A DNA stretch of 64,000 bases from an uncultured Pseudomonadota bacterium (GTDB lineage Bacteria > Oederibacteriota > Muellerivitia > Muellerivitales > Muellerivitaceae), in NCBI GenBank assembly GCA_963843375.1, contig CAWJKT010000006.1, forward strand, positions 32,001-96,000, given 5' to 3'. A program made the translations under genes and the position numbers. Below, piece by piece: positions 1 to 9,022 of the stretch. Numbering within the stretch: the first letter of the stretch is position 1; each line of letters opens with the position of its first letter. The notes under the pieces were generated by a model. That model was given only the letters and a program-made list of their open reading frames with translations. It was not told the DNA's origin and did no database searches.

Positions 1-162
1 CAAAAACCGTCTCACTTTTAAATTTAATCGTTTAAATCGGTTCATGACTTCTCCTTTGTGAAAATAAAATTTGAGATAAAAATGTATGAAATTCGACATT
101 GAATTCTCCTAAATTTGGAATCGCCGGTCTTCGCAAGAAAGACGGCGTTGACACTTCGATCT

Positions 163-552
163 TTAGGCGAAATGGTCCAATTTAGGCGGAGGAGAGAGGG
201 GTATTCGATTCCAGTCAAGGCGAGAAACAGAAACAAAGTAAGGTTTTCCAAAAATAAAAAATATTACGGCCAGCGCGGCGAAAACAATAGAACATAGGGG
301 GCTCTTATTGGGCGAAGGAACCAAGGTTTTGGAAGGGTTTTCCTGTTCACTTCTCTCTTTTTGAATAAACCGGCAAAGGGGACAGGGGTGGTTTCCGTCA
401 AAGGTATTGAGTAGGGCTTTTGACAATTTGGTTTCTTGAGAATAATTACGAAGCATATTGGCCCAGGCCACCGACTGCAGCATCAGCCATTGGCCTCCGA
501 GAACCCAAAAAGCCAGGAAAATGAGAGCAAAACGAAAAGTTGTCCGTAACAT
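163..552 (-). CDS. Hypothetical membrane protein with HPCPLC (CxxC) putative metal-binding motif
   Basis: 129-aa ORF with hydrophobic N-terminus, TFDGNHPCPLC motif and a C-terminal PPP motif. Confidence 0.55.
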   Translation of the reverse strand: MLRTTFRFALIFLAFWVLGGQWLMLQSVAWANMLRNYSQETKLSKALLNTFDGNHPCPLCRFIQKERSEQENPSKTLVPSPNKSPLCSIVFAALAVIFFIFGKPYFVSVSRLDWNRIPLSPPPKLDHFA

Positions 553-802
553 GGCACTTACTTAATCCAAAACCCAACGATTTGTCAAGGATCGGCCCTA
601 AGCGACCCTAAGGCGCCGGATGATCTCATAGGGAGGGAAAGGGGATTCAACATTCCATGAAATAAACCTGATCGATTAAGTAAGATTAAGAGCGCGCTTA
701 AGAGGTTTATGTGGGTTCATTCATGAGCCTGCTTACTTTATTTTAAATAGAGTCGATTCCCCCAATGTATCCGGCGAAGATGGCCAGGTTGGGATTGATT
801 AA

Positions 803-2047
803 ATGACACACAAAGGACTACTCGTAATTTCCATGAAACCTATTTCGTTTCCCTCGGGCCAAGCCAAAAGTTCAAAAACCGGAAAAACATGGGCCGGTGA
901 AAAAATTTATTTTCACGGTGACGATTATTTTCGGGATGTTCTGAAAGGCTTTCAGACGGCCCGGAAGAACATCGACATGGAAACCTATATTTTCGAGCCG
1001 GGGCTTTTGGGGAATCGAATCATTGATGCCCTTATTCGCGCCCAGCGACGTGGCGTGCGGGTCCGGCTGTTGGTGGACGGAGTGGGCTCCCCGGACTTCC
1101 TCGCTCATTATGGCCCGCGGTTAGAAAAGGCAAAGGTTCAGTTCCGGGTCTATCGTTCCTGGCCGACTTTCTTTTCCTCCATCCTCCAGCATTTCCAGTT
1201 TTTTAAACCCATTCGGTCATTCCAATACGCCCTTTCCCTTTGGAACAGTGGAAAACACCGGGATCACCGAAAGCAAACGATCGTGGACGGTCAAAAAGTT
1301 TGGATCGGAAGTTTCAATGTATCGGACTGGCATTTGGAAAAGGTGAAAGCAAAAGCGTCTTGGCGAGATACGGGTATCGGACTTTTGGGGGTCCATACCC
1401 TGGTTTTTCAATTGGCATTTCATGTCGCTTGGGAGGACCCTTGGCCCCACCATTTCGCCCGCTTGTACCGTCATTCCTTGATCAAGTGGCTCACCCATGA
1501 TATGGAAGGAAGCCCTATTCGCATGACGGTCAATCGGAAACTTCGGCGCGCTTTCCGCAGGGAGTTGCTTGAGCGAATCCAATCCGCCCACCACCGAATT
1601 TGGGTTCTGACGCCTTATTTTGTCCCCACCGGGCCTCTCTTGCGGGCCCTGGGGCGGGCAGCCAAGAGAGAATGCGAGGTGCGTTTGATACTGCCCGGCC
1701 AGTCCGATGTGCCGATGGTACGATGGGCTTCCATGATCTATTTTCCAGTTCTTTTGAAAGCAGGTTGCCGAATTTTTGAATTTCAAGACAGGGTTCTCCA
1801 CGCTAAAACGATATTAGTGGATGATTGGCTTTTAGTGGGTTCCGGGAATCTGGACCACCGAAGCCTGCGCAAGGATTTAGAAGTAAATGTTATTCCACGG
1901 GAAATGTTAACTTTTAGAAAATTAGTGAATCAATTTTCTGCAGATCTTTCCAATTGTCGGGAGGTGGGGCTGGCCGAACTCAAGAATAGGCCGTTATGGT
2001 CCCAAATGCTATCGGCCCTGTTTTTTCATTTTCGTTATTGGTTTTAA
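803..2047 (+). CDS. cls: Cardiolipin synthase, phospholipase D family (ClsB-like)
   Basis: Two HKD motifs (HRKQTIVDG, HAKTILVDD), plus WRDT, TPYFVP and GSGNLDHRSL; no N-terminal TM pair. Confidence 0.85.
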   Translation: MTHKGLLVISMKPISFPSGQAKSSKTGKTWAGEKIYFHGDDYFRDVLKGFQTARKNIDMETYIFEPGLLGNRIIDALIRAQRRGVRVRLLVDGVGSPDFLAHYGPRLEKAKVQFRVYRSWPTFFSSILQHFQFFKPIRSFQYALSLWNSGKHRDHRKQTIVDGQKVWIGSFNVSDWHLEKVKAKASWRDTGIGLLGVHTLVFQLAFHVAWEDPWPHHFARLYRHSLIKWLTHDMEGSPIRMTVNRKLRRAFRRELLERIQSAHHRIWVLTPYFVPTGPLLRALGRAAKRECEVRLILPGQSDVPMVRWASMIYFPVLLKAGCRIFEFQDRVLHAKTILVDDWLLVGSGNLDHRSLRKDLEVNVIPREMLTFRKLVNQFSADLSNCREVGLAELKNRPLWSQMLSALFFHFRYWF

Positions 2048-2177
2048 CTTTTTCCTAACCTAATGGTTGTGACCTCGGGATATTCCCTCACGTCTTTTTA
2101 GTTTCCTTTAAATCGGGTATCATTTGGTTTTATTCCATCAGCTGGAAAACTGTGGTTGTGAAACCTGAAGGACAACG

Positions 2178-5100
2178 ATGGCCCGGAAAAAGAAAAACCT
2201 ATCCGAAGAACCTGGTGAGCTCCTTTACACCATGGCGCAAACTACGGATTCCCAAAAGGTCTCCCAACAGTTGTCCGAATTGCCGGATTTAAAACAACAC
2301 CGCGAGGCCCCCAAGATCACCGGTTACATGTTGTTGAAGCCTATCGGCCGGGGTGCCTATGCGGAGGTTTGGGAGGCCGTTCAGCTTCGCACACGTAAAT
2401 TTGTGGCGGTTAAGATCTTCACAAAGAAAAGCGGCGTTTATTGGTTTTATCTTCAACGGGAAGCGGATCGCTTGATCCGACTCGACAAACATCCCCATAT
2501 CGTTTCTCTGCTGGATGCCGATTTAAGCGGTGAGATTCCCTATTACGTGATGGATCTGGCCCAGGAGGGTTCCCTGGAAAAGCTGATGGAGAACCCCTCG
2601 GCGGGAAAGGAGGCTTTGGGAGCGGATGAGGTCGGGGGTTGGATGGAGGAGATCGCCCAAGCCCTGCAATATGTTCACTCCAAGCAGATGGTCCATTGCG
2701 ACCTGAAACCCGCCAACGTGCTTCTCGACGAGGAAAGGCATGTCCGAGTCGCGGATTTTGGAAACTCCCGGATATTGCGGGAATCCGGGGGAGCCCTGGG
2801 AACCCTTTTTTTTATGGCTCCCGAACAAGCCTTGATGGAGGATCCGGAAAACCCTCCCCAGCCCGATCCCCGATGGGACCTTTATGCCCTGGGATGCACT
2901 ATTTACGCCGTCCTTGCCCACCAAGTTCCCCACGCCGAAATCACGGACCAATTGGAAAAGGCTCCCGGTGTGAATGAACGCTTAAAAATTTATCGTGAAG
3001 CCATCGAACTCCAAATCGTACCGGATCTCTTCACCCGTACTAAAGGAGTGGTGGACAGGGATCTATCGGCGATTGTAGCCAAATGCATGAGGGCAAATCC
3101 CGATGAAAGATATAACTCCGCGGCCGAAGTGTTAAAGGACCTCAAGAACCGGGGGGAAGGAAAGCCGGTTAGCCCTCTCTCAAACGACATGGGCTATTGG
3201 CTGGGCAAATTTTTCCTGCGTTATCGGACGTCGGTTTTGGTCACTTGGGCCGCTCTTGGGGTGGTTTTAGCCGCCCTATTCATCGTGGCCAACCATCAAA
3301 AGGCCCAAACTCAGGACACCGCTTTTAATTATGTGCTTCGAGGAAGGGAATTTCTTGAAAAAGGGGATGAGGCCTCGGCCACCGCCTATTTTGCCGCTTC
3401 CAATAAAATGTTCCCGTCCCTCCTGGCCCGGGGCAACGCAGTATTACATATGCCCCCAATTCCAAAGCGCTTTTTCGCCCATGACGGAGCCGTGGTGGCG
3501 GTGGCTTACAGCCCGGATGGGAAGATCCTTTTGACAGCCGGTGGGGCCTCGGGCGCCAAGCTTTGGGACGCAGAGACGGGACTAGCCGTCAGCCGTCCGC
3601 TCAAGTTGGGTGGTATCTTGAGCGCCGCGGCCTTCAGTAAAGATGGTTCCAAATTAGTCTTGGGGGATTCGGAAGGGGACGTCCGGATTTTTGAAGTGGC
3701 CACTCAGAAAACCGTAGGACGGCCGATTGAACAGAGAAAAGAAATCACATCGGTATCCTTCAGCGAGGATGGCCAAAAAGTCCTGACTTCCAGCGCGGAC
3801 GGCAGCGCTCGGGAATGGGATGCCGCCACCGGAAGGCCTTTGGCCACCCCTATGGAACATGACCGGCCCCTCTATCTTGCGGCTTTTAACCCAAAATCCG
3901 ACAAGGTCTTGACGGTGGATAAGGAAGGCGCAGTCCAACTCTGGCAGGCGGATACCGGAAACGCTTTGGGGGATTCCATTCAGGTGGATCTCCGGGGAGC
4001 ACCGGCTTGGTATAAGCCAAGTGTGATCTTTAGCCCGGAGGGCAAAGGATTTCTGGTCTCCGGATGGGATGGAACGGTGAGGTTTTACGATAACAAGGCC
4101 CATAAGTCGGGTTACCCGCTTTTCCTGGACGGAATTGGCGCAAGGGCGGTTTACAGCCCGGACGGAAAACGCGTAATCACATCGGTTGTTTTTGGCGGGG
4201 CGGTGGGGTTGGCCCGTGTTTGGAATACCAAATCCCATCTTCCCTTGAAATTCAGCCTAAAAACTCCGGGCAAGATCATGGTGTTGGCTTTTAATTCGGA
4301 CGGAAGCCAGGTTTTAACCGGCGACACGGACCATGTCGTGCGGGTTTGGAACGCGCAAACAGGTGAACTGGTGGGCCACGCTTTTTGGCAAGGAGACATG
4401 ATTACCGCCGCTGCTTTCCAGCCCATGGGGGATAGTCTAGCGACCGGAGGCAAGGATGGGCTGGCCTGTCTTTGGAAAGGGAATGGTTCGGAGGAGGATC
4501 CGTCAATCCTCGACTGGGATAAATCCGGCCGGAAACACTTCAAGAAGCTTCAGGACCACGCCCTCTTCAGTCCCAATTTAAAGTTTCTTCTAACCTACGG
4601 GGGGAAGACTGCCTGCCTTTGGAACGCGGTCACCGGCAACCCCGTTGGGAAGGTTCTTGTCACGGGTGGACTCATCCTGAGGGCTATTTTTAGTCCTGAC
4701 GGTTCAAGCCTTCTGACTTGCGATAAGGACGATGAGGCCCGGCTATGGAATCTCGCCACGGATCAATTCCTGTCCCTTCCCCATAAAAAGGCTGTGCATG
4801 GCGGAGCCTTTAGTTCTGATGGAAAGAAAATCCTGACGGGGGGAGAGGAAAAAAGTTTGCGGCTGTGGAATGCTTTGACCGGTGAAGAATCGGGGAAACC
4901 GATTCAAACGGGCTTGGACATCACCAAGTCCCTTCTCTCCCCCGATGGGGAAAAAATGGCTGCCTTAGGATTGAACGGTAGTTTTAAACTTTATTTGCCC
5001 GATAAGAACGGTTCGAAGCCACTGGTGAAAGTGGATAAGGGAGTCAAAAGCGCGGTTTTCAGCGCCGATAGCCGGACTCTCCTATTGGTAGTGGGATCCA

Positions 5101-5651
5101 CAGCCACACAGTACGATGCCGAAACCGGCCAGGTGCTTTTCAACCTGAAACATGGTGTTGGACTTTCCGGGGCGATCTTGAGCCCGGATAACAAAACTGC
5201 GGCGACTTTGGGAGGGGACGGTAATATCCGGCTTTGGGACCTTAAAACAGGCTTGCCAATTGGAAATTCCTTGAAGCACGAGGGCTCTATCCAAGATTGT
5301 GCTTTCAGCCCCCACGGTGAGGCCCTTTTGGCCGCTTACCTGGACGGGGGTTGGCAATGGTGGGATACCCAAACAGGAGAGGCTATCGGAGAGGAAGTGT
5401 TTCAAGGCACGGTTGTGAGGGCCATCGGTTTTGATCCCGGAGGAAAAAGCCTCCAACTGCTTGGGAAAGACGATTCCCTGACAAAAGTCAAAGCGGATTG
5501 GGTCGGTCCACAGGCTGATTCGGACCGGCTTTTACTTGCCTCCCGGGTTGCGGGGCGGTGCCAGGTCAATTCCCAAGGTTCCCTGGATCAAGTGCCTGCG
5601 GATCAGTGGGTGAGATTATGGGTCGAATATCACAAGGCGGAAGACAAATGA
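2178..5651 (+). CDS. Ser/Thr protein kinase with TM segment and WD40 beta-propeller repeats
   Basis: GRGAYAEV, VAVK, HCDLKPANVLL, DFG and APE kinase motifs, then a hydrophobic segment and many (A/S)FSPDG...LW(D/N) WD40 repeats. Confidence 0.9.
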   Translation: MARKKKNLSEEPGELLYTMAQTTDSQKVSQQLSELPDLKQHREAPKITGYMLLKPIGRGAYAEVWEAVQLRTRKFVAVKIFTKKSGVYWFYLQREADRLIRLDKHPHIVSLLDADLSGEIPYYVMDLAQEGSLEKLMENPSAGKEALGADEVGGWMEEIAQALQYVHSKQMVHCDLKPANVLLDEERHVRVADFGNSRILRESGGALGTLFFMAPEQALMEDPENPPQPDPRWDLYALGCTIYAVLAHQVPHAEITDQLEKAPGVNERLKIYREAIELQIVPDLFTRTKGVVDRDLSAIVAKCMRANPDERYNSAAEVLKDLKNRGEGKPVSPLSNDMGYWLGKFFLRYRTSVLVTWAALGVVLAALFIVANHQKAQTQDTAFNYVLRGREFLEKGDEASATAYFAASNKMFPSLLARGNAVLHMPPIPKRFFAHDGAVVAVAYSPDGKILLTAGGASGAKLWDAETGLAVSRPLKLGGILSAAAFSKDGSKLVLGDSEGDVRIFEVATQKTVGRPIEQRKEITSVSFSEDGQKVLTSSADGSAREWDAATGRPLATPMEHDRPLYLAAFNPKSDKVLTVDKEGAVQLWQADTGNALGDSIQVDLRGAPAWYKPSVIFSPEGKGFLVSGWDGTVRFYDNKAHKSGYPLFLDGIGARAVYSPDGKRVITSVVFGGAVGLARVWNTKSHLPLKFSLKTPGKIMVLAFNSDGSQVLTGDTDHVVRVWNAQTGELVGHAFWQGDMITAAAFQPMGDSLATGGKDGLACLWKGNGSEEDPSILDWDKSGRKHFKKLQDHALFSPNLKFLLTYGGKTACLWNAVTGNPVGKVLVTGGLILRAIFSPDGSSLLTCDKDDEARLWNLATDQFLSLPHKKAVHGGAFSSDGKKILTGGEEKSLRLWNALTGEESGKPIQTGLDITKSLLSPDGEKMAALGLNGSFKLYLPDKNGSKPLVKVDKGVKSAVFSADSRTLLLVVGSTATQYDAETGQVLFNLKHGVGLSGAILSPDNKTAATLGGDGNIRLWDLKTGLPIGNSLKHEGSIQDCAFSPHGEALLAAYLDGGWQWWDTQTGEAIGEEVFQGTVVRAIGFDPGGKSLQLLGKDDSLTKVKADWVGPQADSDRLLLASRVAGRCQVNSQGSLDQVPADQWVRLWVEYHKAEDK

Positions 5652-5673
5652 AAATCCTGAATCCGGGTGTTTC

Positions 5674-7344
5674 GTGAAGGCTGTTGTGGAAGCCATCCGG
5701 CAGGGCGAAACGACCCTTCGCTTTGAAATTGGCGAGAACCATTCGGTTGTGCTTGGCCGTACTGACGAGTCCGATTGGCCAGTTCCTCATGAGAAATTTT
5801 TGAGTCGCAAACACCTGGAATTGCGCATGAAATCCGGGCGCTTGAATGTGAAGCGGTTGACCGGGACCACTAATCCCATCTTCCATCATGGAATGGAAAA
5901 GGAAGCTTTTTTTCTTGAGAACGGTGACCAGTTCGTAGTGGGTAAAACCCGTTTTCTTTTCTCCCTTTTAAGCTCCCACCGGGATGAGGTTAAGCCCAAC
6001 CTCAAGTTGTCGATGACTCCAGAGGAAGTCTATAAGGACGGCAGTATGGTTTCGGACCGCTTGCGCATTTTGGACCTGCTGGAACTCCCGGAAATCCTTC
6101 GGGAAAAATCGGATTCCGATTCTTTTGCCCATATCGCCAGTCTGCTGAGGTCAGTCAGCGGGGGCGGCTGGTCCCAAATCATGCGGCCGGGCGGAAGGGT
6201 ATTGGCGGTCGATTCGGCGATCGATTCAACGGGTTTCAAAACCAGCCGGACTCTCATTGAGGAGGCTTTGAAAAACGCCCCGCATCCCTTCCTTTATTGC
6301 TGGACCAGCGGCGAACAGAGCCTTTCCGCGACGCTTCAGGAAGGCGCGGATTGGGCGGTTTGCGCCGCCACCCAGATTCCCGGCGAGGACCCCCTTCTTT
6401 TTTACGTCGCGGGCCAAGGAGGGAACGAACCTATTCTCAAAGACAACTGCCGCCTCGTGGGCCTTATCGCCGATATGGTGGGCCGAAGCCTGTCCGTCCA
6501 GAGGCTGGAGGGCTTGAAGGAAAGGCTTCAGCGTTTTTTTTCCGGCCAAGTGGTTTCCAAAATTATCGAATCCTCGGATGCCGATGAGCTCAAACCTAAG
6601 CTCACTGAGGGAACGGTCATGTTTTTTGATATCCGGGGTTTTTCAAAGCTCACCGAGGGAAAGGCCGAGAAGATCCTGGAGAAAACCGGGGAACTCCAGG
6701 AAGTGATGACCGCCATGACCGAGGAAATCTTCAAGGAAAACGGGGTTGTACTTCAATTCTTAGGGGACGGTATCCTTGCCTGCTGGAACCTGCCTTTCCC
6801 CGACATAGAACACGTGAACCGGTCCTGCCGGGCGGCCTTGGCGATGGTTGCGGCCCTGGAGAAGGTCGCGCCCACTTGGCGCTGCGGGATAGGCATTCAT
6901 ACGGGTCAGGTCGTGGCCGGATCGATGGGGGCCAAACAACTTTTTTCATATACGGTGATGGGGCCGGTTGTCAACCAGGCATCCCGTTTGGAGGGCATCA
7001 CCAAAATCGTCGAGGTACCTATCCTGGTCACTCGGGAAGTGGCCGAAAAAATTTCACTGGAAACGCTGGGAGTGAGGCGCGTGGGAAAATTCCAACCGGC
7101 CGGCATGAACGTGTCCCTGGACCTTTTTGAGATTCACCCGCCTTCGGAAAATCTGGATCATGACAAACTTTTCGTAAAGGGTTTGGAGGAATTCGAGAAA
7201 GGCGCCTGGGAAAGCGCCTATGAGATTTTGGACCATCTGCCTCCCAGCGACCGTCCCGCTCGTTATATCAAGACCCTGGCGGAGATGTATCGCCGCCGTC
7301 CCCCGAAAGAATGGAAGGGTGTCATCGAGCTGTCGGAAAAATAA
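5674..7344 (+). CDS. FHA-domain class III adenylate/guanylate cyclase
   Basis: N-terminal FHA motifs (LGR...LSRKH...TN); cyclase motifs FFDIRGFS, FLGDGILA, GIGIHTG, YTVMGPVVNQASRLEG. Confidence 0.85.
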   Translation: MKAVVEAIRQGETTLRFEIGENHSVVLGRTDESDWPVPHEKFLSRKHLELRMKSGRLNVKRLTGTTNPIFHHGMEKEAFFLENGDQFVVGKTRFLFSLLSSHRDEVKPNLKLSMTPEEVYKDGSMVSDRLRILDLLELPEILREKSDSDSFAHIASLLRSVSGGGWSQIMRPGGRVLAVDSAIDSTGFKTSRTLIEEALKNAPHPFLYCWTSGEQSLSATLQEGADWAVCAATQIPGEDPLLFYVAGQGGNEPILKDNCRLVGLIADMVGRSLSVQRLEGLKERLQRFFSGQVVSKIIESSDADELKPKLTEGTVMFFDIRGFSKLTEGKAEKILEKTGELQEVMTAMTEEIFKENGVVLQFLGDGILACWNLPFPDIEHVNRSCRAALAMVAALEKVAPTWRCGIGIHTGQVVAGSMGAKQLFSYTVMGPVVNQASRLEGITKIVEVPILVTREVAEKISLETLGVRRVGKFQPAGMNVSLDLFEIHPPSENLDHDKLFVKGLEEFEKGAWESAYEILDHLPPSDRPARYIKTLAEMYRRRPPKEWKGVIELSEK

Positions 7345-7452
7345 AAGCCGGGACGACCAAGACCTTTACCGGCTATGGACCCTATGGGCGCATCCCCTCA
7401 GCTAAAAATTCAATTGTTGGTAAATAACCAGAGATGAAAGAATTAATTTCTT

Positions 7453-8895
7453 TTAATGAAGGTTGATGATTTTTCCAACCACGTGGCCCTGGGGCGTAGT
7501 GACCACCAGGTAATAGAGGCCATTGGCCAAGGGAACACCGTAATCGTCCATCATATTCAATTGGGTTTGGAATAGGCCTGCAGGGACATTTTGAAACGTG
7601 GATTCCTTAACTTTCCGGAAAGCAATGGTAAAAATTTTCAAATTCACTTGTCCCGCTGGATTATTTAAGACGAATTGGATGCTCACCGGTCCGGAGCCGA
7701 ATACGGGATTCGGGAAAATCGACAGGCCCCCAATGGGAGAGCTGTTGGAAGATGTGATCGTGGGGGTCAAGCTAATGGCTGGTGGATAGGTTGCCGTTGG
7801 AGAAAAAGTGGGGGTAAAGGTACGGGTCGGGGTGAAAGAACTGGTGGGTGTAGGGGTGGGAGTCGAAGTGGAAGTGGAGGTCAAAGTCCATGTCATGGTG
7901 GAAGTATTGACAGGGGTCCAAGTGATCGTAGGTGTTGGAGTGGGGGTATAAATTTGGGTCGGGGTGAATGAATTGGTTGGTGTCAAAGTGGGGGTCAAAG
8001 TGCAGGTCGGGGTTTCTGTCATGGTGGGGGTTGAGCTTTTGGTGACTGAGACCGCGGGGGTAAAAGTGGCTGTTCCACAAGAGGAGCTGTTGACGGAGGC
8101 GCTGAATCCGCTGCTAGTAAAGGGTATTCCACCGGTCCTCAGTTCGATGCCCGCCTCGATCGCTCCGAGGTACCAGGTCGATTGGATATAGCCTTGGGTC
8201 ACGCAGTAATTAATGAATGCCAGGATATTTACATTGTTGAAGGAAGTGGTGGGGGTGTCCGCCAGGAAGGCGATATAGTTCCACCCGATAGGACCCTCGT
8301 AAACATCCCAGGTTGTTGGAGAATTGCCGATGGCAATACCCGAGGCCTTCAACGATCCGGCCGGTCCGGTCCCAGGCATATAATCCAGCCAAATCATCAA
8401 TTCTGCTTCATGAGTAAAATTAGTGGCGCTTTCATCGAACCAAATGTCGTAAGCCGCATCCCAAAGATCGCTTCCCGTTTCGTTGGTAACGGCGATATTC
8501 CAACTGCTGGTGACGCAAGTAAGCGCGCTCACCTCAATGGGAAGGTTCGTTCCCGTGCTACAAGCCGTGCCGGTTTGGCAACCATAAACAATGGAGGGAT
8601 AGGAGGCCACCGTATCACCGCACCCAAAATTTCCCGCCGTCACTGAGAAATCTCCGGTGGCATTATTAATGGTCATGCATTGGGTGCCTGGACAAGATCC
8701 TTCGTTCCAAAAATTAGTCTGTACATAGTAGGAAGGTGTACTGGTCGTGTTGATGGTTAAGTATTGGGCGCAAGTATTCGTAACGCTTTGGGCTTGAATA
8801 GGTCTAACCGGTAAAAGGAAACCCATGGCCGCTAAAAGGAAGGGCATTCCCGCTGAAACTAAAATGGTTTTAAATTTTCTCAAGTGTTCCTTCAA
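7453..8895 (-). CDS. Secreted GH12 endoglucanase with Thr/Pro linker and C-terminal sorting-like domain
   Basis: GH12 motifs SYPS, DAAYDIW, ELMIWL, YLGAIEAGIE; TP-rich linker; FPNP...ANGLYY tail; true start uncertain. Confidence 0.8.
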   Translation of the reverse strand: MKEHLRKFKTILVSAGMPFLLAAMGFLLPVRPIQAQSVTNTCAQYLTINTTSTPSYYVQTNFWNEGSCPGTQCMTINNATGDFSVTAGNFGCGDTVASYPSIVYGCQTGTACSTGTNLPIEVSALTCVTSSWNIAVTNETGSDLWDAAYDIWFDESATNFTHEAELMIWLDYMPGTGPAGSLKASGIAIGNSPTTWDVYEGPIGWNYIAFLADTPTTSFNNVNILAFINYCVTQGYIQSTWYLGAIEAGIELRTGGIPFTSSGFSASVNSSSCGTATFTPAVSVTKSSTPTMTETPTCTLTPTLTPTNSFTPTQIYTPTPTPTITWTPVNTSTMTWTLTSTSTSTPTPTPTSSFTPTRTFTPTFSPTATYPPAISLTPTITSSNSSPIGGLSIFPNPVFGSGPVSIQFVLNNPAGQVNLKIFTIAFRKVKESTFQNVPAGLFQTQLNMMDDYGVPLANGLYYLVVTTPQGHVVGKIINLH

Positions 8896-9022
8896 TTCGC
8901 TAATGAAAATCGTTGAATGAAGCCATATGGAAAATATGCCACTAAAATCCCCAAAATGGAAAGAAAAGGTGAAAGTTTCGGGTTTTAAAGATTTCGGGGT
9001 ACCGGAAGCACTTCTTAATTGT

